DNA of 64,000 nt, from contig BOKM01000001.1 of assembly GCA_016860985.1 (NCBI GenBank), positions 591,462-655,461 of the forward strand. Direction: 5' to 3'. Each line of letters opens with the position of its first letter. The first letter of the stretch is position 1. The position numbers and the translations under genes were made by a program. The DNA is from Patescibacteria group bacterium (GTDB taxonomy: Bacteria > Patescibacteriota > Dojkabacteria > GCA-002793355). This document shows, piece by piece, positions 1 to 9,498 of this stretch. Under the pieces are notes generated by a model, which worked only from the letters and a program-made list of their open reading frames with translations, ran no database searches and was not told the origin of the DNA.

Positions 1-1
1 T

Positions 2-226
2 ACAAGTATTGGAGATAGGGCAGTTTTTGCAGATGTAAACGGAAAGAAGGTTCAATTGGACGAAGTGTTAAAGAATGGTGACATAGTTGAGATAATTACC
101 GATAACAAGAAGCTTTACCCAACAGAGGAGTGGTTGGAAAGTGCTAAAACTAAAAATGCACAGGCACGGATAAAACTTGGTCTAAGAAAGAAAAAGTTTC
201 AATTGATAGTAAAAGAGAAAAATTAG
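2..226 (+). CDS. C-terminal fragment of RelA/SpoT-family (RSH) protein, TGS region; 5' truncated by window edge
   Basis: Frame-2 translation 'IGDRAVFADVNGKKVQLDEVLKNGDIVEIITDNKKLYPTEEWLESAKTKNAQARIKLGLRKKK' matches the TGS-domain end of RelA/SpoT ('GD.VEI.T ... P..DWL ... AR.KIR'). Stop TAG at 224-226. Confidence 0.45.
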   Translation, partial: TSIGDRAVFADVNGKKVQLDEVLKNGDIVEIITDNKKLYPTEEWLESAKTKNAQARIKLGLRKKKFQLIVKEKN

Positions 227-328
227 AGTATTGTTCCACGACTTGTGAAATAGCATCACGCTTGTCTGTGAGGTCGAATTATATATCAATAATCTGCCAT
301 AAAGTTCAATTTCTGATAATATAATGGA

Positions 329-1639
329 ATGCCTGTAAAAGAGTTTCCTAAACATAACACATCCTTTTTTGCTGGTTTAGGTGCTAGTTTGGTTGCCATT
401 GGGCTAGGAATTGGGAGTGGTGAGTTCATTTTATGGCCATATCTGTCTGCAAAGCATGGTTTTGGCATATTGTGGGCAGCTGTTGTTGGTATAGCTTTTC
501 AAGTGTTTTTGAATATTGAAATACAGCGATACGCAGCGGTAACGGGCAAAAGTGCAGTTGCAGGCTTTCTGAAGGTGAGTAGACTTTTTTCTTTTTGGTT
601 GTTGTTTTCGACTTTGGCGGGATTTGGTTGGCCTGGATTTGCTTCAAGTAGTTCGTTTTTGCTCTCGCATATATATTCAGACAAGCCATTTGTGTGGCTC
701 CCTTATGTGCTACTTATCGCTGCCGTTTTGCTGTTGGTTGTTGGTAGAAACGCCTACGCTAGAATCGAGAGATTTTTTAGGTACGTGCTGCCACTTTCCT
801 TTGCGTTTGTATTCTTTCTTGTGTGGTACTACTTTGATGCGGGAGTTTTTCAAGATCTACTTAAAGGACTTCTTGGGCAGGGAAATGGCTATTTTTGGCT
901 ACCAAAGAACATTGATATCGCTGTCCTACTTGGGGCATTTGCGTATGCAGGGAGTGGGGGAAATCTACTACTCGGACAGGGTTATTACATACTTGCCAAA
1001 AAGCATGGAATGGCAAGCTATGGCGATACTGCAAATCACCTTCCAGCGGAAACCGATAAGAGTGCACGGCATTTTAATGGACTTCGCCGCTTTATAATTA
1101 TCGAAAATATTCTTGTTTTCGGAGCCATGGGGCTTGTTACTATCTTAGGGCTTTCGTACCTTGGTCCAGTATTGCTTGGTACCGCAGAAGGTTTAGGCAA
1201 CAATCTTCAGTTTCTTGTTCTTGAGGCAAACAAAATTGCGCTTGACCTTGGGTGGTGGGGCAGAAGTGCCTTTCTACTTTCTGGCGCAGTTGCTCTCTTT
1301 TCTGTACAACTAGGGGTTTTTGATACGTTAGGGCGAATCTCGACTGATATTGCGTCTACAAAGAAGGAGTTCTGGTACAAGGCAAGTATTATTTTTCAAG
1401 GAGTTTTCGGGGTCGCTGTTTTTGCGCTTGGAATTAGAGAACCATTGTGGTTAATTACGATCGGGGCCGTGTGTAACGCGCTTGCCATGGCTGTGATTTC
1501 TTTTGCTGTTCTTTGGATGAATTCGACACATCTTCCAAAACTTTACAGGCCCAAGATTTGGGAGCAAATCTTTCTTTTTCTTGTAGGAAGCATTTATACT
1601 GTGTTCTTTATTGTTACTGTCGTTACAAAGCTTTCGTGA
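329..1639 (+). CDS. Nramp-like divalent metal transporter / multi-pass membrane protein
   Basis: 436-aa ORF with about 11 hydrophobic segments. N-terminal 'GIGSGEFILWPYLSAKHGFGILWAAVVGIAFQVFLNIEIQRYAAVTGKS' resembles Nramp/MntH TM1-TM3. Confidence 0.5.
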   Translation: MPVKEFPKHNTSFFAGLGASLVAIGLGIGSGEFILWPYLSAKHGFGILWAAVVGIAFQVFLNIEIQRYAAVTGKSAVAGFLKVSRLFSFWLLFSTLAGFGWPGFASSSSFLLSHIYSDKPFVWLPYVLLIAAVLLLVVGRNAYARIERFFRYVLPLSFAFVFFLVWYYFDAGVFQDLLKGLLGQGNGYFWLPKNIDIAVLLGAFAYAGSGGNLLLGQGYYILAKKHGMASYGDTANHLPAETDKSARHFNGLRRFIIIENILVFGAMGLVTILGLSYLGPVLLGTAEGLGNNLQFLVLEANKIALDLGWWGRSAFLLSGAVALFSVQLGVFDTLGRISTDIASTKKEFWYKASIIFQGVFGVAVFALGIREPLWLITIGAVCNALAMAVISFAVLWMNSTHLPKLYRPKIWEQIFLFLVGSIYTVFFIVTVVTKLS

Positions 1640-1703
1640 TACCCTGGGGGGTATACAAAGTATTGAAATGTAGGTATTCTGCTTTCTTGCACGGTGTAAT
1701 ATA

Positions 1704-2474
1704 ATGACTACAATGAAGCAAAGAGATACATCATGGAATAAGGTTGCAGGTTGGTATGGAAAGAAAGTGGGAGATTCCGGTCATTTTTATCACGAACAAA
1801 CCATTTTGCCATTGCTAAAAAAATATTTAGAAGAGAATAATGTCAGAAAACTGCTCGATTTGGGATGTGGTCAAGGTGTAGTAGAGAGAGTATTTGTTGG
1901 AGAAGAGTACGTCGGGGTCGATCTTTCTTCCTCTTTGTTGTCCCAAGCGCAAAGAAGCAAGAAGAATGTAAAATCGAGGTTTGTGCATGCAGACGCCAGT
2001 AAAAGCTTGCCGATAAAGGACACTGATTTTGATTGTGCCGTTAGTGTGCTCGCACTTCAGAATATAGAAAATTATGAGGGTGTAATTAATAACTTTGCAA
2101 AACACGTTAAAAAGGGTGGCTCGCTTGTTCTTGTTTTAAATCATCCATATTATCGAATCCCTCGTGCCTCTGGGTGGATGGTATTGCAAGGGAATAGTAA
2201 GCAAGTTCGTTGGATTAGCGACTACCTTAAAGTTAAGCGCATTCCTATAACTATGAATCCTGGCGCAAAAGGGAGAAGGCAAACAGTTACCTGGAGTTTT
2301 CATGTACCCCTTTCTTATTATATTAAGTGCCTTTCACAAAATGGATTTTATGTTGATGGGCTTGAGGAACTAGTTTCTTCTAAAGAAAGTGTTGGAAAAT
2401 TCGCTAATAGAGAGAATATCGCCCGAGAAGAAATACCCTTATTTATGTTTATTACAGCTAAAAAGGTAAATTAA
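1704..2474 (+). CDS. class I SAM-dependent methyltransferase
   Basis: Motif I 'LLDLGCGQGVV' and post-I acidic residue 'YVGVDLS'; 256 aa. Confidence 0.7.
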   Translation: MTTMKQRDTSWNKVAGWYGKKVGDSGHFYHEQTILPLLKKYLEENNVRKLLDLGCGQGVVERVFVGEEYVGVDLSSSLLSQAQRSKKNVKSRFVHADASKSLPIKDTDFDCAVSVLALQNIENYEGVINNFAKHVKKGGSLVLVLNHPYYRIPRASGWMVLQGNSKQVRWISDYLKVKRIPITMNPGAKGRRQTVTWSFHVPLSYYIKCLSQNGFYVDGLEELVSSKESVGKFANRENIAREEIPLFMFITAKKVN

Positions 2475-2486
2475 GTATTCGACAAT

Positions 2487-3782
2487 ATGCGGTTTGAGCA
2501 AAAAGTTTATACAGAAATCGAGGTCGCGCAGTTACTTACAAAAGTAGTTTCGGAATTATCTGGCGCACTGCAGTCGGTCGATCAAACTGCTACAGAAAAA
2601 AAGATTGAAGCAATGAATCTGTGGGCAGCGAAATATGATGAAGCGTTCGAGGATCTTATTGTAGAAGAGGTCGTTAAGCGCCATGTTCAGGGCATAACAC
2701 TCTGTGTATGGGCTGGTCCTCCTGGGTCCGGAAAGGGGACAAATATAGAGACTGTAAACGTGATTGGAGGGTTATACGCTGAAGTCGCTTCTCAGGGCTG
2801 GGCGCGGCAACTTCCTGAACCTATGCACTCGAGGTTATTGAACTTTTCGCTTGCCCAGTCGATTATCAGTACAGGTACAAAAGGAATGTTTAATAAACCG
2901 GAGGGAGAATATGCTACGTATTTTTCGGCTCTTGTTCCTGAGTTCGGCAGCTTTGTTGCAGCTGGCGGCTTTGTCCCTGACGCTGTTGTATCAATATTGG
3001 TTGAGGCGATGATTTTACTCAGATTAGTGCAGCATTCGCATAAGATTCAAATCGATTTGTGGCCAAGAACCGCAATGCAATTTGTGGCGTTTGATAGGTT
3101 GGTACAAAAAATTCGAGCTAACGGAGGAAAAGTCCAAGAAGAAGTAGTCACAATTAAAGTGCTAAAGAAAGAGAGTATGGAACTTGTAAAACAGCATCTT
3201 GCCGAAAGCGCAAAAATTTCAAAGGTAATTGCAGCAAAAATCAATGAGTATTTGAAATCAGAATGGTATGCCGCTTTGTGCAATAAAGCGGCCTTGGTCG
3301 AAGATATGAAGGAAAGGTATCGTGTTGAAAAAGAAGGCCTAACAGAGGTTTTTTCTCGATTGACTGGAGAATATTCGGATAGCTTGTCACTCGCTGTAAT
3401 TGAAGAGCTAAAAATTGTGTGCGACCGAATGGAATTCCGGTTTAACTTGGTGGTTGAAAAAGGTGGAATCCCACGTCCTGATGAATATCCATTAAGTGTT
3501 ATTCGCCGGTTGGCAGTATATACTGGCGAAACTGCCCCAGTTTTTTTGGAGCAAACAGCAGAAAAGAACGCTAAAAAGGGGTACTACGTCGTTTCATCCG
3601 CCGGTACACCTCAAGAGGTTATTGCAGAGATTCTTACCACGTTAGCTGGTGCAGCTGAAATAACAGATCAATGGGAAAGTATATTGTCTCTCGCAGGTGA
3701 AATTGCCAACTCGATAGTGTACAAAAAAGAGCTTGTAGTAGAAGAACTTTTGAAAAGGGTAGGGGGTATACTGGAGTCCTAA
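2487..3782 (+). CDS. adenylate-kinase-like (NMP kinase fold) P-loop protein with about 200-aa C-terminal extension
   Basis: Walker A 'AGPPGSGKGT' is the Adk signature. 'IISTGTKGMF', 'GGFVPDAVVSILVEAM' and 'IDLWPRTAMQFVAFDRL' align with the Adk NMP-binding, LID and 'DGFPRT..QA' segments. 431 aa against about 215 for Adk. Confidence 0.5.
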   Translation: MRFEQKVYTEIEVAQLLTKVVSELSGALQSVDQTATEKKIEAMNLWAAKYDEAFEDLIVEEVVKRHVQGITLCVWAGPPGSGKGTNIETVNVIGGLYAEVASQGWARQLPEPMHSRLLNFSLAQSIISTGTKGMFNKPEGEYATYFSALVPEFGSFVAAGGFVPDAVVSILVEAMILLRLVQHSHKIQIDLWPRTAMQFVAFDRLVQKIRANGGKVQEEVVTIKVLKKESMELVKQHLAESAKISKVIAAKINEYLKSEWYAALCNKAALVEDMKERYRVEKEGLTEVFSRLTGEYSDSLSLAVIEELKIVCDRMEFRFNLVVEKGGIPRPDEYPLSVIRRLAVYTGETAPVFLEQTAEKNAKKGYYVVSSAGTPQEVIAEILTTLAGAAEITDQWESILSLAGEIANSIVYKKELVVEELLKRVGGILES

Positions 3783-4513
3783 TTGCCAGTGTTTTTGCTT
3801 CTTTGGTGATTGTTGGTAAATAGTCAATTGTATTGTCTGTAGTTTGTGTGAACCATCATTTGAAAGGTTACTATTGCCCAACTGGATGATTCCTATATAC
3901 GTATCCCTTAGGTGTCTGAGTAATAAGTTGGATCGTTTTATAGAGTGGAAATAGAAAAATTATATAAAAGAATAACTATACTGCAAGAATGGGGCAAAAA
4001 TTGTAAGGTAGGCAGAGGAGGATGCATAATAATGTACGATTGTGGAGTCGTTTTCCTTGTGTTGTGTCACAAGAGTGGTCATTCGTTTTTTGAAACAGCC
4101 TCGTAATTAATACCGCGTTTCAGTTCTTGTATCTACCGCAATACAAAAGATTCCAAAATAACGATAAATAAGCAACCTGAAGCTTAAAAGTAATTCGCTT
4201 CAAAACGAATCAGGGGGAAAGAAGGGGTGCTCAAGGGAGACGACGGTGCTCATGTCTGTAGGTAAATTAATGCTAAAAATACTATACGTTTCCCGAAACA
4301 TTACAGACGTGATAGTGGGGGTGAAAAATTGGCTATGGGATTAAAGGCAGATAGGATTTGGTGCTTTGGCGCAAAGCAGAGACCGAGTATAATAATTCAG
4401 CAACGCGAATAAGTTTTGACATATTTCACGGTAGTGAAACTTGATGATGAGGTGTTCCATGCTAAAATTGAGTGTGGAGAACATGGGATAACGTAAAAAA
4501 GGTATAATTATCA

Positions 4514-5125
4514 GTGCGAAATACTTTCTCTCGAAACATTCTTAAATTGGCGGGTATTATTACTGTCATTTTTGCCGTTCTTATAGTTGCTATTCCTCCT
4601 CTTATATATTTTTATTATCGAAGATATATCTACGTTTCGGTTGAGTCGGTAGCTAATAATCCCCGTACTGTGATGGTTTTAGGAGCTGCGGTCTACCCAG
4701 ACGATACCCCAAGTAGTGCGCTTCAAGAGCGTTTAAATATGGCGGTCGAGTTATATAAAAATGGGAAAGTGGACAGAATATTAGTGTCTGGTGCATCAGA
4801 TACTGGCGCATACGATGAGGCAAGGGCAATGAAAAGTGCATTGGTTCAGGCAGGAATTCCTGCCGAATCGATAATTGAGGATAATCAAGGAACAAGAACT
4901 TTTGAATCCTGTAAACGTGCAAAAAGTGAGTTCAAAATTGACTCGTTGCTCGTAGTAAGCCAGGGATTTCATTTACCTCGTGCTTTGTTTTTATGTCGTG
5001 GGGTAAACATTGAGTCATATGGAATTTACGCCCTAGGCAATTTTTCGACATACCACAGTAACTGGTACAACTACCGAGAAATCGGTGCAATGTATCTTGC
5101 TTTTTACGACATTCTTTCTCTGTAA
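4514..5125 (+). CDS. SanA/YdcF (DUF218) family membrane-anchored protein
   Basis: N-terminal TM followed by 'VMVLGAAVYPDDTPSSALQERLNMAVELYKNGKVDRILVSGA', typical of DUF218/SanA; GTG start. Confidence 0.6.
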   Translation: MRNTFSRNILKLAGIITVIFAVLIVAIPPLIYFYYRRYIYVSVESVANNPRTVMVLGAAVYPDDTPSSALQERLNMAVELYKNGKVDRILVSGASDTGAYDEARAMKSALVQAGIPAESIIEDNQGTRTFESCKRAKSEFKIDSLLVVSQGFHLPRALFLCRGVNIESYGIYALGNFSTYHSNWYNYREIGAMYLAFYDILSL

Positions 5126-5164
5126 TAAGTGCTATAATCGAACATTAATTTGTAAGGTCCAATC

Positions 5165-6067
5165 ATGAATGTTTTCTTGGTGATATTTATTCTTGGTGTT
5201 ATTCTGCTGGGTGCAATGATTAAAATTGTGCCACAAAACCACGTCGCAATCGTCGAATTCCTTGGTAAATATGAGAGAACTCTGACTGCGGGTTTTAACT
5301 TAGTTATTCCTGTATTTGAACGCGTTTCGGTTCAGATTAACCTTGCGGTCCGTAACTTCTTGTTTGAATTAGATGCAGTGTCGAAAGACAAAGTTCAGGT
5401 TCGCCTGAAGTCCAACCTAATCTATGCAATTTCTGTCGATAAAGTTACACAATATTGGTACGAATTGAGTGATCCAAAACAGACGATTGCATCTTTTGTT
5501 GAAAACTATGTCAGAAGTTTTGTAGCCACTCAAACACACGAAGAATTGCTAGAAAAACGTGAAGAGATCTCGGCTTATCTTGTGCAACACTTAAACGAGA
5601 AATTCCTCGCATGGGGTATTGTTATTCATGGATACCAGATTATGGATATTGTATTCCCAACCATTATTACCGATGCAATGAGCAAAGTTGTTGCCTCACA
5701 GCGATTAAGAGAAGCTGCCATGAACGAAGCCGAAGCAACAAAGGTACGAGTGGTTAAAGAGGCAGAAGCAGAAAAAGACTCTCGTGTTCTTTTGGGTGAA
5801 GGTGTTGCAGGCGAAAGACAAGCAATTATCGATGGCTTAAAGCGCTCCATCGATGACATGAAAGGTATCCCAGGGCTAAATACTCACGAAGTCATGAATC
5901 TTATCGTTATGTCGCAATACTTCGATACCGTCAAGGCAATTGGAATGTCTCCAAACTCAAAAGTGATGTTTATAGATCCTGCTCCAGAGGGTGCAAACAA
6001 CATGTTGCAGCAGCTCTCGGCAGCACTTGAAGCAAACAAAGTAGAAACCACAACTACAAAGAAGTAG
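5165..6067 (+). CDS. SPFH/band-7 (stomatin/prohibitin-like) membrane protein
   Basis: N-terminal TM helix then 'IVPQNHVAIVEFLGKYERTLTAGFNLVIPVFERV' SPFH core. Ala/Glu-rich coiled-coil tail. Confidence 0.75.
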   Translation: MNVFLVIFILGVILLGAMIKIVPQNHVAIVEFLGKYERTLTAGFNLVIPVFERVSVQINLAVRNFLFELDAVSKDKVQVRLKSNLIYAISVDKVTQYWYELSDPKQTIASFVENYVRSFVATQTHEELLEKREEISAYLVQHLNEKFLAWGIVIHGYQIMDIVFPTIITDAMSKVVASQRLREAAMNEAEATKVRVVKEAEAEKDSRVLLGEGVAGERQAIIDGLKRSIDDMKGIPGLNTHEVMNLIVMSQYFDTVKAIGMSPNSKVMFIDPAPEGANNMLQQLSAALEANKVETTTTKK

Positions 6068-6072
6068 AAATA

Positions 6073-6897
6073 TTGCGCATGGTTTATCTTTTTTCTTCAA
6101 AACCGCGTACGATAGTCGAATATTTTGAGCGCAATAATATTGCGTATCAATTGGTAACGCTCGATAGTTTTGCAGCGATGGTACAGCAGTATGAACCGAT
6201 AAAGGGGGATATTGGTATCGTATATGATTTTGGTAAATTCATACCAGAAAAACTTCTGTCTGCCTTACCCCTTCTTAACATTCACTTTTCGTTGTTACCG
6301 AAATACAGAGGAGCAACACCTGTTGAAGCAGCGCTACTTTCAGGAGATACAGTCACGGGAGTTACTGTTCAAAAGATGGTGAAAGCTATGGACGAAGGCC
6401 CGTTGCTGCTCTCTGTTCCAATAGATATTGAACCTTCTTGGGCTGCGTTTGAACTTCAGGCATATATGGACAGTCGTTTACCAGAAGTGCTCGACGAAAT
6501 CTTTCGTGTTTCTCCGAACGAGTGGCAATTCAAAGAACAGACAGGTGAGCCATCCTATTGTTACGAAAAGGATTTGCAAAGAGAAAACGGGAAGATTGTA
6601 TTTGAAGAATTAACGGCTGACGAGGTTATCAATAAAATTCGTGCCTATAACCCGGAGCCGATGGCTTGGTGCCATATTCAGAAAGGTGCCCACATCTTAG
6701 AAATGAATATGATGAGGGCGAAACTCTTTCACGAGAAACTGAATCAAGGAGATATCGTCTTTGTAAAAAAACAGGGACTCGCTATTGGTTGTAAAACTGG
6801 CTCTGTTCTTATAACCGAGTTGGTGATTTCGGGCAGCAAAAAGCTGGCTAATGGTGATATCGTTGCACTTAAGGGAAGTATCGAATTAGCGGAATAA
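6073..6897 (+). CDS. fmt: formyltransferase-family protein, Fmt-like (methionyl-tRNA formyltransferase)
   Basis: 'LNIHFSLLPKYRGATPVEAALLSGDTVTGVTVQKM' matches the Fmt 'HxSLLPxxRG' catalytic motif; C-terminal Fmt-like beta-barrel region. The N-terminus is shorter than in canonical Fmt. Confidence 0.55.
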   Translation: MRMVYLFSSKPRTIVEYFERNNIAYQLVTLDSFAAMVQQYEPIKGDIGIVYDFGKFIPEKLLSALPLLNIHFSLLPKYRGATPVEAALLSGDTVTGVTVQKMVKAMDEGPLLLSVPIDIEPSWAAFELQAYMDSRLPEVLDEIFRVSPNEWQFKEQTGEPSYCYEKDLQRENGKIVFEELTADEVINKIRAYNPEPMAWCHIQKGAHILEMNMMRAKLFHEKLNQGDIVFVKKQGLAIGCKTGSVLITELVISGSKKLANGDIVALKGSIELAE

Positions 6898-6901
6898 TCT
6901 T

Positions 6902-7504
6902 ATGAATACGCTCACTCCCACCGCAGTCGATTGGCTTTTGCAGCAATCAAGATTTTCTATTGAGTATTTTTTAGAAACTAAGAACCTTTTTCCATTCGAA
7001 AAAGTAACGATACCTGAGCAAATAAAAGAAGAAGTACTCGCTTTATCTGGGGCTTTTATTCTTATTGAATCTTATTTTGGCAATAAGAGGATTGCTTATA
7101 CCAGGGGTGAAAATGGGGTGTTTGAAAGGGTAGAGCCACTCGCGAAAATTGTTCACCAAGTTGCCGTTAACGCCGCTTTTTTTGATCCTCATACTCCTCG
7201 TTTAAAAAACTTTGAATTAAACGAAATGGTATTGCATTTACTCGTACCTTCTGAAAAACAGATAGTAAGTAATGGAAGAATGGGGTTACCTACTGAACTG
7301 GCAGAAAACAGTACAGGTTTGATATTAGAAACCCGTGGGAGAATCGCCTACGACTTACCTCAAATGATTAGCGAGGCCCTTTCTGTTGAACAGCGAGTTC
7401 GAAAACTATTACTTCGCCTCGGTGTTAAAGGTCAAAAAGCAGTCGATTCGGTCGATTTCTACACTTTTACTGTCCAGCATCATTCGGAGGTTAAACGCGA
7501 GTAA
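6902..7504 (+). CDS. hypothetical protein
   Basis: 200-aa ORF, 4 nt after the preceding stop, so likely operonic with the fmt-like gene. No motif recognised. Confidence 0.4.
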   Translation: MNTLTPTAVDWLLQQSRFSIEYFLETKNLFPFEKVTIPEQIKEEVLALSGAFILIESYFGNKRIAYTRGENGVFERVEPLAKIVHQVAVNAAFFDPHTPRLKNFELNEMVLHLLVPSEKQIVSNGRMGLPTELAENSTGLILETRGRIAYDLPQMISEALSVEQRVRKLLLRLGVKGQKAVDSVDFYTFTVQHHSEVKRE

Positions 7505-7516
7505 AGTTAGTGGTTT

Positions 7517-9346
7517 TTATAATTTTTTCTCTTCTTGTTGTACTGCAAATGCCTTGGCGTAGTAGCCATCGAGTGAAAGAAGTTCGTCGTGAGTGCCTTG
7601 TTCAATAATTTTTCCGTCGTTAAATACAAGAATTTTCTGCGCTGCTCGAACTGTATTGTAGCGATGCGATACCACAATAACGGTCTTATCTTTTACGTGC
7701 TCGTAAAGGTTCGTAAATATTTTTGCTTCGGCAATCGGGTCAATCGCGGAAGTTGGCTCATCGAGCACAACGAGTGGTCGATTTGCGTAGAACTGTCGTG
7801 CGACAGCAACTCGCTGCCACTGCCCAGTGGAAAGTTCGGTGCCACCTTCAAGCCTCTTGGTCAAGAAGGTTGAATATTTGTTTGGAAGTTTTTCAATAAA
7901 GGTATTGGCGTCTGCTAGGCTTGCGGCCTTTTTCACCTGTTCCATATTTACTTGTAGTTTTTTATCGTATATAGAAATGTTTTGGGCAACGGTTAATGTA
8001 CCGTAGCGTGCAAAATCTTGCGTTACTACTGATATTTTGCCATTGTATGATTCTGTCGTGTATTCGTGTGAGGGAATTCCATTTACAAGTATTTGGCCCT
8101 TAGTTGGAAGATAAATTCTGTTAAGGAGTTTTAAGAACGTGCTTTTTCCGGCTCCGTTTTCGCCGACAATCGCAATACGCTCGTTATCATAAATCTTGAA
8201 TGACACATCTTTTAATGAATATCTTTTTGACCCAGGGTATTTAAACCATACATTTTTGAATTCTATCTCAATATGCTCCGTGTCTAGTACTTTTGTTCCT
8301 TCTGGGCGATCGTTCTGTTGTTCAAGAAGCGTATGAGCATAAGAAACGTAGCGGTAATATTCAACTGATTGATTTAATCTGGTCACAACTCGATACATGC
8401 TCGAGCCGATTTGGCTGATAAGGTTGGTCGTATATTGAAACGTACCAAGGAGCATTCCTTGAAAGAGAACCTGGGCAAGATAGTAAACATAAATTCCTGA
8501 GTTAATGATGTTTTCGAAGGTAAGTACAAGTAGCCATGGAGTCGCAAGTTTTTTATCTTTCTTTAAATAATATTGTCTGACATTTGCAGCAATATGTTCA
8601 TATTCCTTTTGAAGAAACTTCTGCCCCTGCGATGTTTTTATTTCGAGTAGAGTGGAGAAAGTTCTAAAGTAGTCAAAAATTGTTCCCTTACGAATCCAAT
8701 CGTATTGGGCGTCATCTTCTGCTTTATGATGTAAGCGTGTTCCGTAGGCGGTAAGAATAAGGCTGGGAACTTCTTTCGCAAACGTCAGAAGAATAACCCA
8801 CAACGGCGCTTTTACCAACAAAAAGGTCGAAACAAGTGTAATTCCTGCCACAACAATGTCAACGTGTACGTCGGCAAGTCGGACTATATAATCAGCTGCT
8901 CTGTTAAAGATTCGGTTTATACGTTTTTCCATCTGGGGGTTTTCAATATGTTCCCAGTCTAAATAGATGAGTTTATTTATGAAGGCTTTTTCTACAGCTA
9001 ACTGCATTGCGTAGACCGAAAAATACCAATCGTATCGTCGGTAAAGGTTGGTATAAAGTGAAGAGAAGAGACGCACTCCAATCGTAAGACCGATATACCA
9101 ATAGAGATTATTAAGTGACGTAATCTCTTTTGTAACAAAACGTTGCGTGTCGTTAAGGATAAGTCCAAGCATAAAGGTTTCGAAAACAGGGCGTAATCTT
9201 TCTACAACTGTTGCAGACAAATCAACCCAGTACCACCATCCAAAGGTTTTTATACGAATCTGCTGTACGAAGAGATTGATTCGTACAAATCGTTTGAAAC
9301 GCTGCCAGTTATCGATTTTCTTTTTTACGATATTTTGTTTTTTCAT
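7517..9346 (-). CDS. ABC exporter, fused permease plus ATPase (type I exporter, MsbA-like)
   Basis: C-terminal NBD has Walker A 'GENGAGKST', signature 'LSTGQWQRVAVARQF' and Walker B 'VLDEPTSAIDP'; N-terminal 6-TM domain. Start moved to ATG at 9346 because the longer ORF to 9508 reads through a tRNA gene. Confidence 0.8.
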   Translation of the reverse strand: MKKQNIVKKKIDNWQRFKRFVRINLFVQQIRIKTFGWWYWVDLSATVVERLRPVFETFMLGLILNDTQRFVTKEITSLNNLYWYIGLTIGVRLFSSLYTNLYRRYDWYFSVYAMQLAVEKAFINKLIYLDWEHIENPQMEKRINRIFNRAADYIVRLADVHVDIVVAGITLVSTFLLVKAPLWVILLTFAKEVPSLILTAYGTRLHHKAEDDAQYDWIRKGTIFDYFRTFSTLLEIKTSQGQKFLQKEYEHIAANVRQYYLKKDKKLATPWLLVLTFENIINSGIYVYYLAQVLFQGMLLGTFQYTTNLISQIGSSMYRVVTRLNQSVEYYRYVSYAHTLLEQQNDRPEGTKVLDTEHIEIEFKNVWFKYPGSKRYSLKDVSFKIYDNERIAIVGENGAGKSTFLKLLNRIYLPTKGQILVNGIPSHEYTTESYNGKISVVTQDFARYGTLTVAQNISIYDKKLQVNMEQVKKAASLADANTFIEKLPNKYSTFLTKRLEGGTELSTGQWQRVAVARQFYANRPLVVLDEPTSAIDPIAEAKIFTNLYEHVKDKTVIVVSHRYNTVRAAQKILVFNDGKIIEQGTHDELLSLDGYYAKAFAVQQEEKKL

Positions 9347-9367
9347 GACGATAAGAGATTTTGAAAA

Positions 9368-9438
9368 GCGGACGACGGGATTCGAACCCGCGGTCTTCTG
9401 CTTGGGAAGCAGACATTCTGCCACTGAACTACGTCCGC
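9368..9438 (-). tRNA. tRNA-Gly (anticodon CCC)
   Basis: Reverse complement 'GCGGACGTAGTTCAGTGGCAGAATGTCTGCTTCCCAAGCAGAAGACCGCGGGTTCGAATCCCGTCGTCCGC' folds as a cloverleaf: 7-bp acceptor, anticodon loop TTCCCAA, T-loop GGTTCGAATCC. An extended -10 'TGcTATAAT' lies 11 nt upstream on the minus strand (+ strand coordinates 9450-9458). Confidence 0.85.
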
Positions 9439-9498
9439 GATAATGGTGAATTATAGCACTAAAAGAAAAGGTCAGTCCCCCCAGAGTAGTGTCAGGAA

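Noticed and set aside
4195-4400. RNase P RNA, assigned with confidence
   Set aside because: Only a loose CR-I-like 'GGGAAAGAAGGGGTGCTC' was seen. The obligatory P4 partner strand (ACAGAR.CCGGCUUA-like) and the GGUAACGCCUGGG-type J11/12 elements were not found, so I left it as an unassigned candidate in the findings.
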